64,000 bases of DNA from positions 96,001-160,000 of the forward strand of contig JBDHAB010000007.1 of NCBI GenBank assembly GCA_039588295.1. The letters run 5' to 3'. This DNA is from Gemmatimonadota bacterium. Lineage in GTDB: Bacteria > Gemmatimonadota > Gemmatimonadetes > Gemmatimonadales > GWC2-71-9. This document shows, in pieces, positions 1 through 8,754 of the stretch; positions within the stretch are counted from its first letter, which is position 1, and each line of letters opens with the position of its first letter. Below the pieces are notes generated by a model. It saw nothing but the letters and a program-made list of their open reading frames with translations. It searched no databases and had not been told where the DNA came from. Position numbers and translations under genes: made by a program.

Positions 1-1670
1 AGCGCTGGGCTGAGCGCCGTGATGCCCGTGACGCCCGTGTACAGGTTGGTCACTTGGAACAGCTCGCCGGACTCCACCTGGACCCGGTACACATTGGAGA
101 TTCCGCTCTGGTCAGACACGAAGTAGAGACTCTGCCCGTCGGGCGACCATTGCGGACTGATGTGCTTGCCGTTCTCAAAGCCGGGTGCGGGTCGGATGGC
201 ACCGGTCACGGGGTCGGCGAACGCGAGGCGGTAGTTCCCAAACAGCAGGCTCGACAGTCCGGTCGAGAATCGGTCGGAGACGAACGCAATGGTCGAACCG
301 TCCGGTGAGAACACGGGCTGGAGGTCGGCATAGGGATCGTTGGTCAGCCGCCGCAACTGCTCTTCCTGCAGGTCGTACACGTAAAGGTCCGACAGACCGC
401 CGACCAGGCCTGAGAAGGCGACGTACCTGCCATCGGGCGACCAGCTCGGGTTGAAGATCTCACCGATTTCGGGTATCGGGATCTCCCGTTCGGTCTTGCC
501 ACGCTCGACGTCGACGATCGTGAGGAGTGGACGCCCTTTCGCAACGGCGCCGAACGCGAAGCGCCGGCCCTCAAAGTCCCACGCTCCGGCCGAATTGATG
601 AACTGGATGCTCTCGAAATGCGGATCGACGGCCGTCTTGGTGATCTTGCGGATGACCTCGCCGGTCTCCACGTCGGCCAGGAACATGTCGATCGAGAACA
701 AATCCCGCTCCGACAGGAACACCAGGTGCTTGCCGTCCGGCGAGATCGCCGGCGCGATGTTGAGCCTGCCGCCGCTTATCTCCTTGGTCATGAGTGGGCG
801 CCCGTACTCCTCGGGCCCGTCCGTCTGGTCTGCCAATGGCTCGTACGCGGTGGTCAGCGCCCGATGCCATCCGGCCACGACCGAGTCAGGGGAGATGCGC
901 AGCACCCGCGTGAACGCCGCAGCGGGGCTGCCCGCGGTTCGCGAGGCCTTGAGGATCCGACCGACGACATCGTCGCCCCACTGGCCGGCGATATACGCCC
1001 ACAGCGAATGCCCATAGCGGTACGGGAAGAACCGTGGATCACTGAGCTTCTGAACCGTCGGGAGCCCCTCCCGCACGGCATCCCGCATCCACATGGCGGT
1101 ATTGGCGTCCTTGGGGCCGACGGACAGGTATTCGGCCATCCCCTCCACGAACCAAAGGGGAAACCGCATGACGGACGGCACTCCGGCGAGTGCAATTCCC
1201 CCACCTTCACCGGTGATATCGAACTGGAAGGCGTGCACCAACTCGTGTCCGAGCACGTGGTCCGTCTCGGGCAACGGCCCGGCAAACGGGAGCACAATAC
1301 GGCGTTTGAGGATCTCGGTGACCCCCCCCGTCGCCTCGCCGAGGTCGCCCTGCAGCGTGTTGGTCTGGCGGAAGTGTGGAGCACTGGCGTACAGGATCAG
1401 TGCCTGGCGGCCCGACAGATCGTGATTCAGCAACCGCGAGAGACGGGCGTACCAGCGCTCAGCCATGAGCGCCGCGTACTCGATCGCCGGCTGTTCTTCG
1501 GCGTAGTGGTAAATGTCGAAGTGCTCGGTCTTCAGCACCTTGAAGTCGAAGCCTTCGTACTGCACTTTGTTCCGCCCGAAGTACTGAGCTTCGGCCGGTG
1601 CCGCAGCCACCAGCGCCGTCCCCACCACGAGTGCGGCGATAGCGCTCGAGATTGTACGCGTTGGCACCAT
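1..1670 (-). CDS. Exported zincin (peptidase MA-like) plus TolB/PD40 beta-propeller protein; 3' end runs off the window
   Basis: Not in the ORF track; translated by hand. ATG at 1670 follows a GGAGG RBS. Signal peptide, then QYFGRNKVQYEGFDF, HExxH (GHELVHAFQFD), PLWFVEGMAEYLS and repeated ISPDG/WSPDG/FSPDG PD40 motifs. Confidence 0.85.
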   Translation of the reverse strand, partial: MVPTRTISSAIAALVVGTALVAAAPAEAQYFGRNKVQYEGFDFKVLKTEHFDIYHYAEEQPAIEYAALMAERWYARLSRLLNHDLSGRQALILYASAPHFRQTNTLQGDLGEATGGVTEILKRRIVLPFAGPLPETDHVLGHELVHAFQFDITGEGGGIALAGVPSVMRFPLWFVEGMAEYLSVGPKDANTAMWMRDAVREGLPTVQKLSDPRFFPYRYGHSLWAYIAGQWGDDVVGRILKASRTAGSPAAAFTRVLRISPDSVVAGWHRALTTAYEPLADQTDGPEEYGRPLMTKEISGGRLNIAPAISPDGKHLVFLSERDLFSIDMFLADVETGEVIRKITKTAVDPHFESIQFINSAGAWDFEGRRFAFGAVAKGRPLLTIVDVERGKTEREIPIPEIGEIFNPSWSPDGRYVAFSGLVGGLSDLYVYDLQEEQLRRLTNDPYADLQPVFSPDGSTIAFVSDRFSTGLSSLLFGNYRLAFADPVTGAIRPAPGFENGKHISPQWSPDGQSLYFVSDQSGISNVYRVQVESGELFQVTNLYTGVTGITALSPA

Positions 1671-1808
1671 CGATCCTCCAATCCAGTTCATGCGTCCCTA
1701 ACTAGGACAGTCGAGCGCCGCATTTTGTTCCCAGGTGTCAAACCGGCTCGCGCCGGTCCGGTTGCGGATCTGCCAGAACTGCTCTATTAGAATACCCCAA
1801 TGTTCGCC

Positions 1809-2585
1809 ATGACGTCTCGATCCTCGAGTTCCCCGCCGTGTCCGTCTGCCACCCCCACGAGGACTGCAGCGTTGGCCATGCGCCGGCTGCGTGCTGCGGC
1901 AAACCCCGACGCGGCATCCGGGGCCAGGGCGTTCTTCAAGAAGGAGGACGAGATCGTGCTCCTTGGTGTTAAAGCACCGGCGCTCCGGGCACTGGCCCGA
2001 GAAATCCATGGCCAGGTCAAGCAACGGTGGGACATGAAGGCGGCGCTGCGGTTCTGTGAAGCGCTGGTGACCCGTCGGGAACATGAAGCCAAAATGCTCG
2101 GCGTGCTGCTCTTAGGCCGATATGAGCGGGAGTTTCCGCGCTCGCTGTTTGCAACCGCTCGTCAATGGGTCGCCGCCGGTCACTTCGCTAATTGGGCGGC
2201 CATCGACGCCCTGTGCCCGCAGATCCTGACCCCGTTGCTGCGCCGCTACCCCGCGTTGCTCGCGCCGCTCCGACGATGGACCGCCTCACGCAACCCCTGG
2301 CTGCGCCGGGCGGCAGTCGTCACGCTGGTACCGCTGGCGCGACGGGGGGAACAGCTCGCTGCCGCCTACACCTTCGTCGAGGGGCTGCTGGGGGACCGTG
2401 AAGACTTGATGCACAAGGCCTGTGGATGGCTGCTTCGTGAGGCTGGCAAGACCGACCCCGATCGACTGGAGCGGTTCCTGCTGCGTCATGCGGCTCGCGT
2501 CCCGCGGACTACCGTACGCTATGCCATCGAGCGATACCCACCGCACACCCGCCGCCGGCTGCTTGTGGACACTCGCGGGCCCTAA
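1809..2585 (+). CDS. DNA alkylation repair protein (AlkD-like HEAT-repeat family)
   Basis: Motifs NWAAID, WTASRNPWLRR, DLMHKACGWLLREAGK and RTTVRYAIE. Start uncertain (1800/1809/1878). Confidence 0.8.
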   Translation: MTSRSSSSPPCPSATPTRTAALAMRRLRAAANPDAASGARAFFKKEDEIVLLGVKAPALRALAREIHGQVKQRWDMKAALRFCEALVTRREHEAKMLGVLLLGRYEREFPRSLFATARQWVAAGHFANWAAIDALCPQILTPLLRRYPALLAPLRRWTASRNPWLRRAAVVTLVPLARRGEQLAAAYTFVEGLLGDREDLMHKACGWLLREAGKTDPDRLERFLLRHAARVPRTTVRYAIERYPPHTRRRLLVDTRGP

Positions 2586-2694
2586 TGTTCGCTGGTGTGG
2601 TCCCTCCACGACTGTTCGGTTCCCTGGTTATTATTGGACCGCCCTAACGAGCCGTTTGCATCATGACACACATACGCGTGATGGGGATCGTGCG

Positions 2695-3594
2695 ATGAGG
2701 AAAGTCGAGCCAACCGAATCATCGGGGCTCCCGACGCCGCGACGGGGGAGGGGAGCGATCCTCTGGGTGGTGGCCGTGCTCCTCATGCTGGGCTCGGCCG
2801 CGTTTCAGCGCGTCACGGGACCGACCCGCCCCTTGCGCGGTTCGTTCGACGTCGCTGGCCAGCAACACCAGCATCGCCTGCGGCGCAGCGGTGTCACGTC
2901 GGCCGACGCACGCATCGTGGTCCCGAATCCTGGGGGCGGTGTGAGTGGTGTGCTCTACTACAAGCGGTTCAACACCAATGATCCGCTCACCGCCGTTCCC
3001 CTTCGGCCCGAAGGCGACGAGCTCGCCGGCGACCTGCCACGGCAACCCGCCGCGGGGAAGCTGGAGTATCGTATCGTGCTCACCACGCCGGAGGGTGATG
3101 TGCCGGTTCCGACGGAGCGAGAAAGTGTGGTGTTGCGGTTCAAGGATCCCGTGCCGGCGTACTTCCTGGCGCCGCACATCGCCTTCATGTTCTTCGCCGT
3201 TTTGGTTGGGATTCGTGCCGGCCTCGGGGCGGTCTTCCAGCCCCGCGCCATGCAGGGGCTTGCCGTGACCGCCCTCGTCTTGATGACCGCTGGCGGAATG
3301 ATTCTCGGTCCCATTGTCCAGAAGTATGCGTTCGGGGCGTTCTGGACCGGCTTCCCCTTTGGGTATGACCTCACGGACAACAAGACGCTGCTGATGTGGA
3401 TCGTGTGGGTGCTGGCGTGCGGGGTGCTGTGGCGAGGAGGTCACCGGCGCGAGACGCTCAAACGGGCGGTCGTGGTAGTCGCGATGCTCGTGATGTTGGC
3501 CGTGTACCTCATCCCTCACAGTCTCCGCGGCAGTGAGCTGGACTACTCTGCGCTCGACCGTGGCACCAACGTGGAGGAGACACCGCAGGGCTAG
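2695..3594 (+). CDS. Hypothetical membrane protein (N-terminal TM, soluble beta-rich domain, four C-terminal TM helices)
   Basis: ORF 2422..3594 with a plausible ATG at 2695. Hydrophobic segments; motifs LGPIVQKYAFGAFWTGFPFGYDLTDNKTL and IPHS. Confidence 0.75.
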   Translation: MRKVEPTESSGLPTPRRGRGAILWVVAVLLMLGSAAFQRVTGPTRPLRGSFDVAGQQHQHRLRRSGVTSADARIVVPNPGGGVSGVLYYKRFNTNDPLTAVPLRPEGDELAGDLPRQPAAGKLEYRIVLTTPEGDVPVPTERESVVLRFKDPVPAYFLAPHIAFMFFAVLVGIRAGLGAVFQPRAMQGLAVTALVLMTAGGMILGPIVQKYAFGAFWTGFPFGYDLTDNKTLLMWIVWVLACGVLWRGGHRRETLKRAVVVVAMLVMLAVYLIPHSLRGSELDYSALDRGTNVEETPQG

Positions 3595-3639
3595 ACGTCA
3601 ACCACCGCCACGCCCGACCGGCCACGGACGCCACGAACG

Positions 3640-4875
3640 CTAGCGGTTCTGCCGAAACAGCGGGAACACGTTCTCGAAGAGCCTGTCTCGGACAGCCCGG
3701 AGCACACGGCGGGTGTCGGGTCTGGGATCCCCGTCACTTGCGATGCCCAGCGTGTTGAATGCCGCGATCGCAGCGGCACCGGACTCGGGGTCGACGTAGA
3801 AGAAGGAGACGAAGCCCTTCTGACCGCCGGTGTGACCGATGACACGGAGGTCCCGGTGCCGCAGCACGAAGAACGTGAGCCCCATGGCCTCACGGAGTGC
3901 GGATTCACCCTCGGCCGGCATCTCGACCTGGATCTGCCACATCTCCTCGAGCGATCGCCTTGCGAGGATATGACCGTACCGGTCGGCGCCTGGATAGCTC
4001 GCGTCTCCGGCCAGGAACGTGAGGTAGTGGATCATGTCGGGAATCGGCGCGTTCAGACCGCCGTTCGACACGGTGATGCCGGTGTCGAAATCAAGGCCGT
4101 TCGCCGATACCTGACCATCGGTCACATAGTAGTTGTTCGACCGGTCGCCTAAGAGGTGATAGGGAGTGCCGTCGAAATAGGCGCGGTACATTCCGAGCGG
4201 CTTCAGGATGTTCTTGTCCACGTATACCTCGTAGTCGTCCCCCGTGATCTGCTCGATGATGCGTCCGAGGAAGATGATGGCGGGATTCGAGTAGCCGTAG
4301 CGGCTTCCAGGTTCGAAGTGGATACGTGTATAGGGGAGCATTGCTACGATTTGGCTCCACGCCGTTGGCTCGTGAGGGTGCCAAGGCTCCTCGCCACCCC
4401 AGGGCCAGGTCGGTCCACGGAATCCGGACGAATGGCTCATGAGATGGCGGATCGTAATCTCGTCCATGCCGCCAAACGGATTGTGTACCGCGCGCAGCTC
4501 GGGGAGGTAATGCACAATCGGGTCGTCGAGGTGCACCAGGTCGCGGTCACGCAGCTGCATGATCGCGATGCCCGTGAAGGTCTTGGTGATCGAGGCCCAG
4601 TGATAGATGGTGGCATCGGAGACCGGTCGTTGCGTTTCGACGTCGGCAAGACCGTAGAGCTCCTTGCCAAGGATGCGTCCGCGATCGGCGAACCACAGAC
4701 TGCTCCCAATGATGCCTGCGTCTTCGACGCGCTGCCGGTACAAGGCGCTTGCGTCTCGCCAGGCTGCGTCGTACCCGGCGGGCGTCTGAGCCGCCAAGCG
4801 CGAGTGGGTGTCGGGGACGACGAGGGGCAGCACCAACAAGCATGTGGTTCGTGCGAAGTGCCAAGTGCCGGCCAT
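3640..4875 (-). CDS. Serine hydrolase, beta-lactamase/PBP-like family, exported
   Basis: SxxK (ASITK), LMSHSSG, YxN (YGYSN), HTG (IGHTGG) and a signal peptide. Confidence 0.9.
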   Translation of the reverse strand: MAGTWHFARTTCLLVLPLVVPDTHSRLAAQTPAGYDAAWRDASALYRQRVEDAGIIGSSLWFADRGRILGKELYGLADVETQRPVSDATIYHWASITKTFTGIAIMQLRDRDLVHLDDPIVHYLPELRAVHNPFGGMDEITIRHLMSHSSGFRGPTWPWGGEEPWHPHEPTAWSQIVAMLPYTRIHFEPGSRYGYSNPAIIFLGRIIEQITGDDYEVYVDKNILKPLGMYRAYFDGTPYHLLGDRSNNYYVTDGQVSANGLDFDTGITVSNGGLNAPIPDMIHYLTFLAGDASYPGADRYGHILARRSLEEMWQIQVEMPAEGESALREAMGLTFFVLRHRDLRVIGHTGGQKGFVSFFYVDPESGAAAIAAFNTLGIASDGDPRPDTRRVLRAVRDRLFENVFPLFRQNR

Positions 4876-4985
4876 GGTTTGGCTCCAGTCTGCGCGCTTG
4901 TGCTAATCTATCCTCGGGGGCGAGGGCGCGAGCGGCCGTCCCGCCTGGTTACATTCTCTGCGCCACACCACCAAAGGAGACCGGC

Positions 4986-5417
4986 ATGAGAACGAGCAAG
5001 GCTACGGCGACATGGCACGGCATTCTGCGGGAGGGCAACGGACGGTTCACGGCAGGGTCGGGCACGTTTGAGGCCCCATACAGCTTCGCCACACGGTTTG
5101 CAGACGCCCGCGGGACCAACCCTGAAGAGCTCATCGCGGCGGCTCACGCCGCCTGTCTCAGCATGGCGCTTTCGGCGAGTCTGGAGAAGGCCGGGACGCC
5201 GGCGACCTGGGTCACGACCGAGGCGTCCTGCCAAATGGATACGGTCGACGGGGCCCCAGAGATCACGACGATGCAACTCGGGGTGCGGGGAAAGGTCGAC
5301 AACTTGGACCAAGCTGGCTTCGCGACTGCGGCGGCGGCGTCGGCGGAGAACTGCCCTGTCTCGAAGGCACTGCGAGGGAACGTGAACGTCGTCGTCGAGG
5401 CCGTGCTGGAGCAGTGA
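4986..5417 (+). CDS. osmC: OsmC family peroxiredoxin
   Basis: AGGAG RBS; GTNPEELIAAAHAAC and ENCPVSKAL carry both catalytic Cys. Confidence 0.9.
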   Translation: MRTSKATATWHGILREGNGRFTAGSGTFEAPYSFATRFADARGTNPEELIAAAHAACLSMALSASLEKAGTPATWVTTEASCQMDTVDGAPEITTMQLGVRGKVDNLDQAGFATAAAASAENCPVSKALRGNVNVVVEAVLEQ

Positions 5418-5758
5418 GCGCCGATTCGATCCCGCAACGGATCCATCGCGGAGAGCGTGAGATCGTCATCACGTGGGATGAGACGCACGTTGGCACGTTC
5501 TCCGCGCGCGAGCTGCGGTTGCAGTGCCAGTGTGCTCTGTGTCGGGATGAGCTCACCGGGCGTCCGCTTCTGGTTCCGGCGGCCGTGCCGGAAGACGTGC
5601 ATGCGATAGCCATTGGCCTGGTGGGGAGCTACGCGGTCCGCGTGGACTGGAGCGACGGACATGACTCCGGCATCTACCCGTACGACTTCCTCCGTTCGCT
5701 CTGCCCGTGCCAAGCCTGCACGTCCGTGCGCCGCCACGCCTCGGAGGACGGGGGCTAG
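5414..5758 (+). CDS. DUF971 (gamma-butyrobetaine hydroxylase N-terminal-like) protein
   Basis: LRLQCQCALC and VGSYAVRVDWSDGHDSGIY, plus a C-terminal CPCQAC. Overlaps the osmC stop. Confidence 0.85.
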   Translation: MSADSIPQRIHRGEREIVITWDETHVGTFSARELRLQCQCALCRDELTGRPLLVPAAVPEDVHAIAIGLVGSYAVRVDWSDGHDSGIYPYDFLRSLCPCQACTSVRRHASEDGG

Positions 5759-5760
5759 CC

Positions 5761-6726
5761 CTGGACCCGGTGTCTCACACACTCGTCGGAGCAGCGCTCG
5801 CCGAGACGGGACTCAAACGGCGAAGTGCGCTGGCGACGGCGACGCTCCTGATCGGTGCAAACCTACCGGACGTCGACATCCTTGCCTATGCGGACAGCTC
5901 CGTCACCGCGCTCTGGTTCCGGCGAGGGGTGACCCATGGGGTGCTCGGATGGCTGCTGCTGCCGCTCCTGTTGACCGGTGTCATGCTACTCTGGGATCGG
6001 CTCTTTCGAAAAAGGGGTGGCAGAAGTCCGGATGCTCCGGTCAGGCCCGCGCAGCTGCTGGCGCTCGCCGTTCTCGCCGTTATCACCCATCCCCTACTCG
6101 ACCTGCTCAATGTCTACGGGATTCGGCTCCTGATGCCGTTCTCCGAAACGTGGTTCTACGGTGACACGCTCTTCATCGTCGATCCGTGGCTTTGGGCGAT
6201 TCTGGTGGCGGGAATCTTCCTCACTCGGCGTCGGGCGGCCCGTTTCGGTTCGGGACGGCGTGTTGCACGGCTCACACCCGCGCTCGGGGCCGTGTTGCTC
6301 GTTGTCGTGTACATCGGGACCATGGCGGCGCTGAACGTGGCCGGTCGTCGGGTCGCCGAGCGGGCGATTGCGGATGCCGGTCTGGGGAGGCCCGTCCGCC
6401 TGATGGTGGCACCCGTGCCGGTGAATCCGCTGCGGCGATGGGTTGTATTCGAGTTCGAAGACGGCTACCGGTTTGGAACGCTCAGGTGGCTGGGACGGCG
6501 GCGTGTGGAGCTTCATGACCTCTTGTACACGCAGTATACGGGCGGATATGGGGCGGTTGCAGCGACTCGGGGCCCCAACGCGCGGAAGTTCCTCAGTTGG
6601 GCGCGGTTTCCGTATTTCCGAGTCTCGGAAACCCCGGGTGGTCGGGTGGTGCACATCGGCGATGCGCGCTACACCCTGGACCCTGCGAATTCGTGGGCGA
6701 GCCTCACCGTGCCGATCGGCGAGTGA
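5761..6726 (+). CDS. Inner-membrane metal-dependent hydrolase (YdjM/DUF457-like)
   Basis: (M)DPVSHTL, NLPDVD, RRGVTHG, THPLLDLLNVYGIRLLMPFS and LFIVDPW. Start is probably CTG 5761 (or GTG 5770). Confidence 0.85.
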   Translation: MDPVSHTLVGAALAETGLKRRSALATATLLIGANLPDVDILAYADSSVTALWFRRGVTHGVLGWLLLPLLLTGVMLLWDRLFRKRGGRSPDAPVRPAQLLALAVLAVITHPLLDLLNVYGIRLLMPFSETWFYGDTLFIVDPWLWAILVAGIFLTRRRAARFGSGRRVARLTPALGAVLLVVVYIGTMAALNVAGRRVAERAIADAGLGRPVRLMVAPVPVNPLRRWVVFEFEDGYRFGTLRWLGRRRVELHDLLYTQYTGGYGAVAATRGPNARKFLSWARFPYFRVSETPGGRVVHIGDARYTLDPANSWASLTVPIGE

Positions 6727-6755
6727 CATCCGCGGCCGTCTGGCGGTCAAGCGGT

Positions 6756-6791
6756 GAGGGCCGGGGGCCCCCTGGGGAGTCTCCGGCCCTC
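6756..6791. terminator. GC-rich hairpin between convergent genes
   Basis: Inverted repeat GAGGGCCGG...CCGGCCCTC with no U-tract. Confidence 0.45.
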
Positions 6792-6829
6792 GATCGTTCG
6801 GCACACGGTTCCCTGCGGACTTCTGGTTG

Positions 6830-7309
6830 TTAGTCCTCGCGTGCGGCGACACGCACCTGGTTCCATGGTGCGTTCTGATCTCGGTTGTGGCGTTGGACCG
6901 CAGTTCGGGTTGCCGCGGCGCCCCGCAGCACACTGCGCTCAAAATCCGTCGGGAGCTGCTCGTCCTCGACGTTCAACCGAATCGATGCGACGAAGTCGTT
7001 CATGTAGCATCGCCGGTCGGAGGGCGAGCCGTCGGCCTTGGCGAATACCCTGTTGTGGATCACTTCGACATCGAGCCGAATAGCCTCGCGGTAGCGGAAC
7101 AACCGTGCGGTCACGGCGCCCCGTCCGATGCCGTCGGAGAATCTGAGCGGCACCGAGAACCGGTATCCGGACTCGTCAGTCTCGCTGGCGACCGTCTCTG
7201 AGGGGGCGAGACGCTGTAGGAGAGCCGCCACAGCCTGGGCGAGGGCCTCGAGGGTCCCCTCCAACTGCTGTTGTACGAGAAACGGGCCGCTCTCGACACA
7301 TCCGTTCAT
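6830..7309 (-). CDS. Hypothetical protein
   Basis: Fills the gap with protein-like composition; GGAG lies upstream of ATG 7309. No family recognised. Confidence 0.65.
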   Translation of the reverse strand: MNGCVESGPFLVQQQLEGTLEALAQAVAALLQRLAPSETVASETDESGYRFSVPLRFSDGIGRGAVTARLFRYREAIRLDVEVIHNRVFAKADGSPSDRRCYMNDFVASIRLNVEDEQLPTDFERSVLRGAAATRTAVQRHNRDQNAPWNQVRVAARED

Positions 7310-7541
7310 GTCAGGGCTCCACATTGCAGAGTGATCCCCCACCGTCTGGCTCTCCACCCTCCCGCCAAATATAAGCGCCAGAAATGTGCCACAGTTCCCC
7401 TAATCTAGCGAACCCACCCAAGTTGTTGCAGTACAGTCAATTCCAAGGTTCGGAGCGGTCCCCGGCCAGGCACTGCGCTCCCCCATGTCTTGCAAATTGT
7501 CTCCTGCCGCGAACACCCCTGGGTTTGAGGGGCCACCGGCT

Positions 7542-7557
7542 CGTGATCCGTGTCACG
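7542..7557. promoter_or_regulatory. CRP/FNR-family-like palindromic site upstream of moaA
   Basis: CGTGA-TCCGTG-TCACG matches the GTGA-N6-TCAC core. A TACAAT -10-like box lies at 7631-7636. Confidence 0.4.
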
Positions 7558-7646
7558 GACTCGCGGGAGCGGCTCAATGTCGCCGCCTGCCGACCAGATC
7601 CCTGCTCTGGCCTGGATCGCGGTGTCTTCGTACAATGCACGGTCAC

Positions 7647-8699
7647 ATGACACGACCCCCAGTCACGTTCCGAGAGGTACTCGACCGGTTTCACCGACCG
7701 CTCGAGAGCCTTCGCGTCTCCGTGACGGACCGCTGCAATCTGCGCTGCCATTACTGTATGCCCGAGGAGCACTACGTGTGGCTCCCTCGGCGGTCGATTC
7801 TCGACTACGAAGAGCTCGCCAGGTTGGCGGCGGTGTTCGCTGGATTCGGAGTCGAGAAAGTACGCATCACCGGTGGAGAACCCCTGCTACGGCGTGATCT
7901 CTCCCAATTGGTGGCGTTGCTGCGCGCCGATGCTCGCCTGACGGATGTTGCGCTGACGACGAACGGGCTTCTGCTCCCGCTTCACGCCGCCGACCTCGCG
8001 TCGGCGGGGTTGAATCGGCTGACGGTGAGCCTGGACACGTTGCGCGCCGAGCGCTATCGCGATCTTACGGGCCGCGCGCGTCTCCAGGACGCGCTTGCCG
8101 GGATCGACGCGGTGCTTGCGGCCGGGTTTCGCGGGACCAAGCTGAACACGGTTGTGATGCGTGGCGTGAACGACGACGAGCTCATCGACCTGCTGGAATT
8201 CGGCCGCGCCAAGGATCTGGAAGTGCGGTTCATCGAGTACATGGATGTGGGTGGGGCGACGCGGTGGTCTCCGCATGATGTCGTTTCCCGGTCCGAGATC
8301 CTCGAGATCGTGCGCCGGCACTACGGCTCGGTCGAACCGGCGGAGGAATCCGCCGATGCCCGGGCCCCCGCCGATCGATTCCTCTTGCCGGACGGGTCGA
8401 CCTTTGGGGTGATCGCATCGACCACCGCCCCGTTTTGCCGGTCGTGCGGCCGCAGTCGATTGACGGCGGACGGGATGTGGTACCTCTGTCTGTACGCGGA
8501 CGACGGCGTCGACCTCAAGGCCCTGCTGCGGGGCGGTGCCTCGGATGCCGACATAGCCGCCGCGATTCGGGAGGCCTGGGAACGGCGTACAGATCGTGGT
8601 GCGGAGCAGCGTCTCGATCGTGGTGATCGGGGACCGCTCTATCGGCTCCAAGGTCTGCGCGAGGATCCGCACCGGGAAATGCACACCAGAGGGGGTTGA
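7647..8699 (+). CDS. moaA: GTP 3',8-cyclase (molybdenum cofactor biosynthesis, radical SAM)
   Basis: LRVSVTDRCNLRCHYCMP, ITGGEPLLR, FCRSCGRSRLTADG...LC and a C-terminal GG. Confidence 0.95.
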   Translation: MTRPPVTFREVLDRFHRPLESLRVSVTDRCNLRCHYCMPEEHYVWLPRRSILDYEELARLAAVFAGFGVEKVRITGGEPLLRRDLSQLVALLRADARLTDVALTTNGLLLPLHAADLASAGLNRLTVSLDTLRAERYRDLTGRARLQDALAGIDAVLAAGFRGTKLNTVVMRGVNDDELIDLLEFGRAKDLEVRFIEYMDVGGATRWSPHDVVSRSEILEIVRRHYGSVEPAEESADARAPADRFLLPDGSTFGVIASTTAPFCRSCGRSRLTADGMWYLCLYADDGVDLKALLRGGASDADIAAAIREAWERRTDRGAEQRLDRGDRGPLYRLQGLREDPHREMHTRGG

Positions 8700-8754
8700 G
8701 ATGTGTGATGTGCTGACGGCCAGCCGAGGATCTTCGGTGATCGGGTGTGGACGC

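Noticed and set aside
618..1790. 390-aa plus-strand ORF and similar long shadow ORFs (e.g. 11639..12997, 14999..16372, 38311..39726, 62563..63702)
   Set aside because: They are antisense shadows of well-supported genes, as expected in high-GC DNA, and show no recognisable motifs.
3640..4875. Serine hydrolase as a true beta-lactamase resistance gene
   Set aside because: Its motifs are shared by the broad esterase/peptidase family, and there is no mobile or resistance context.
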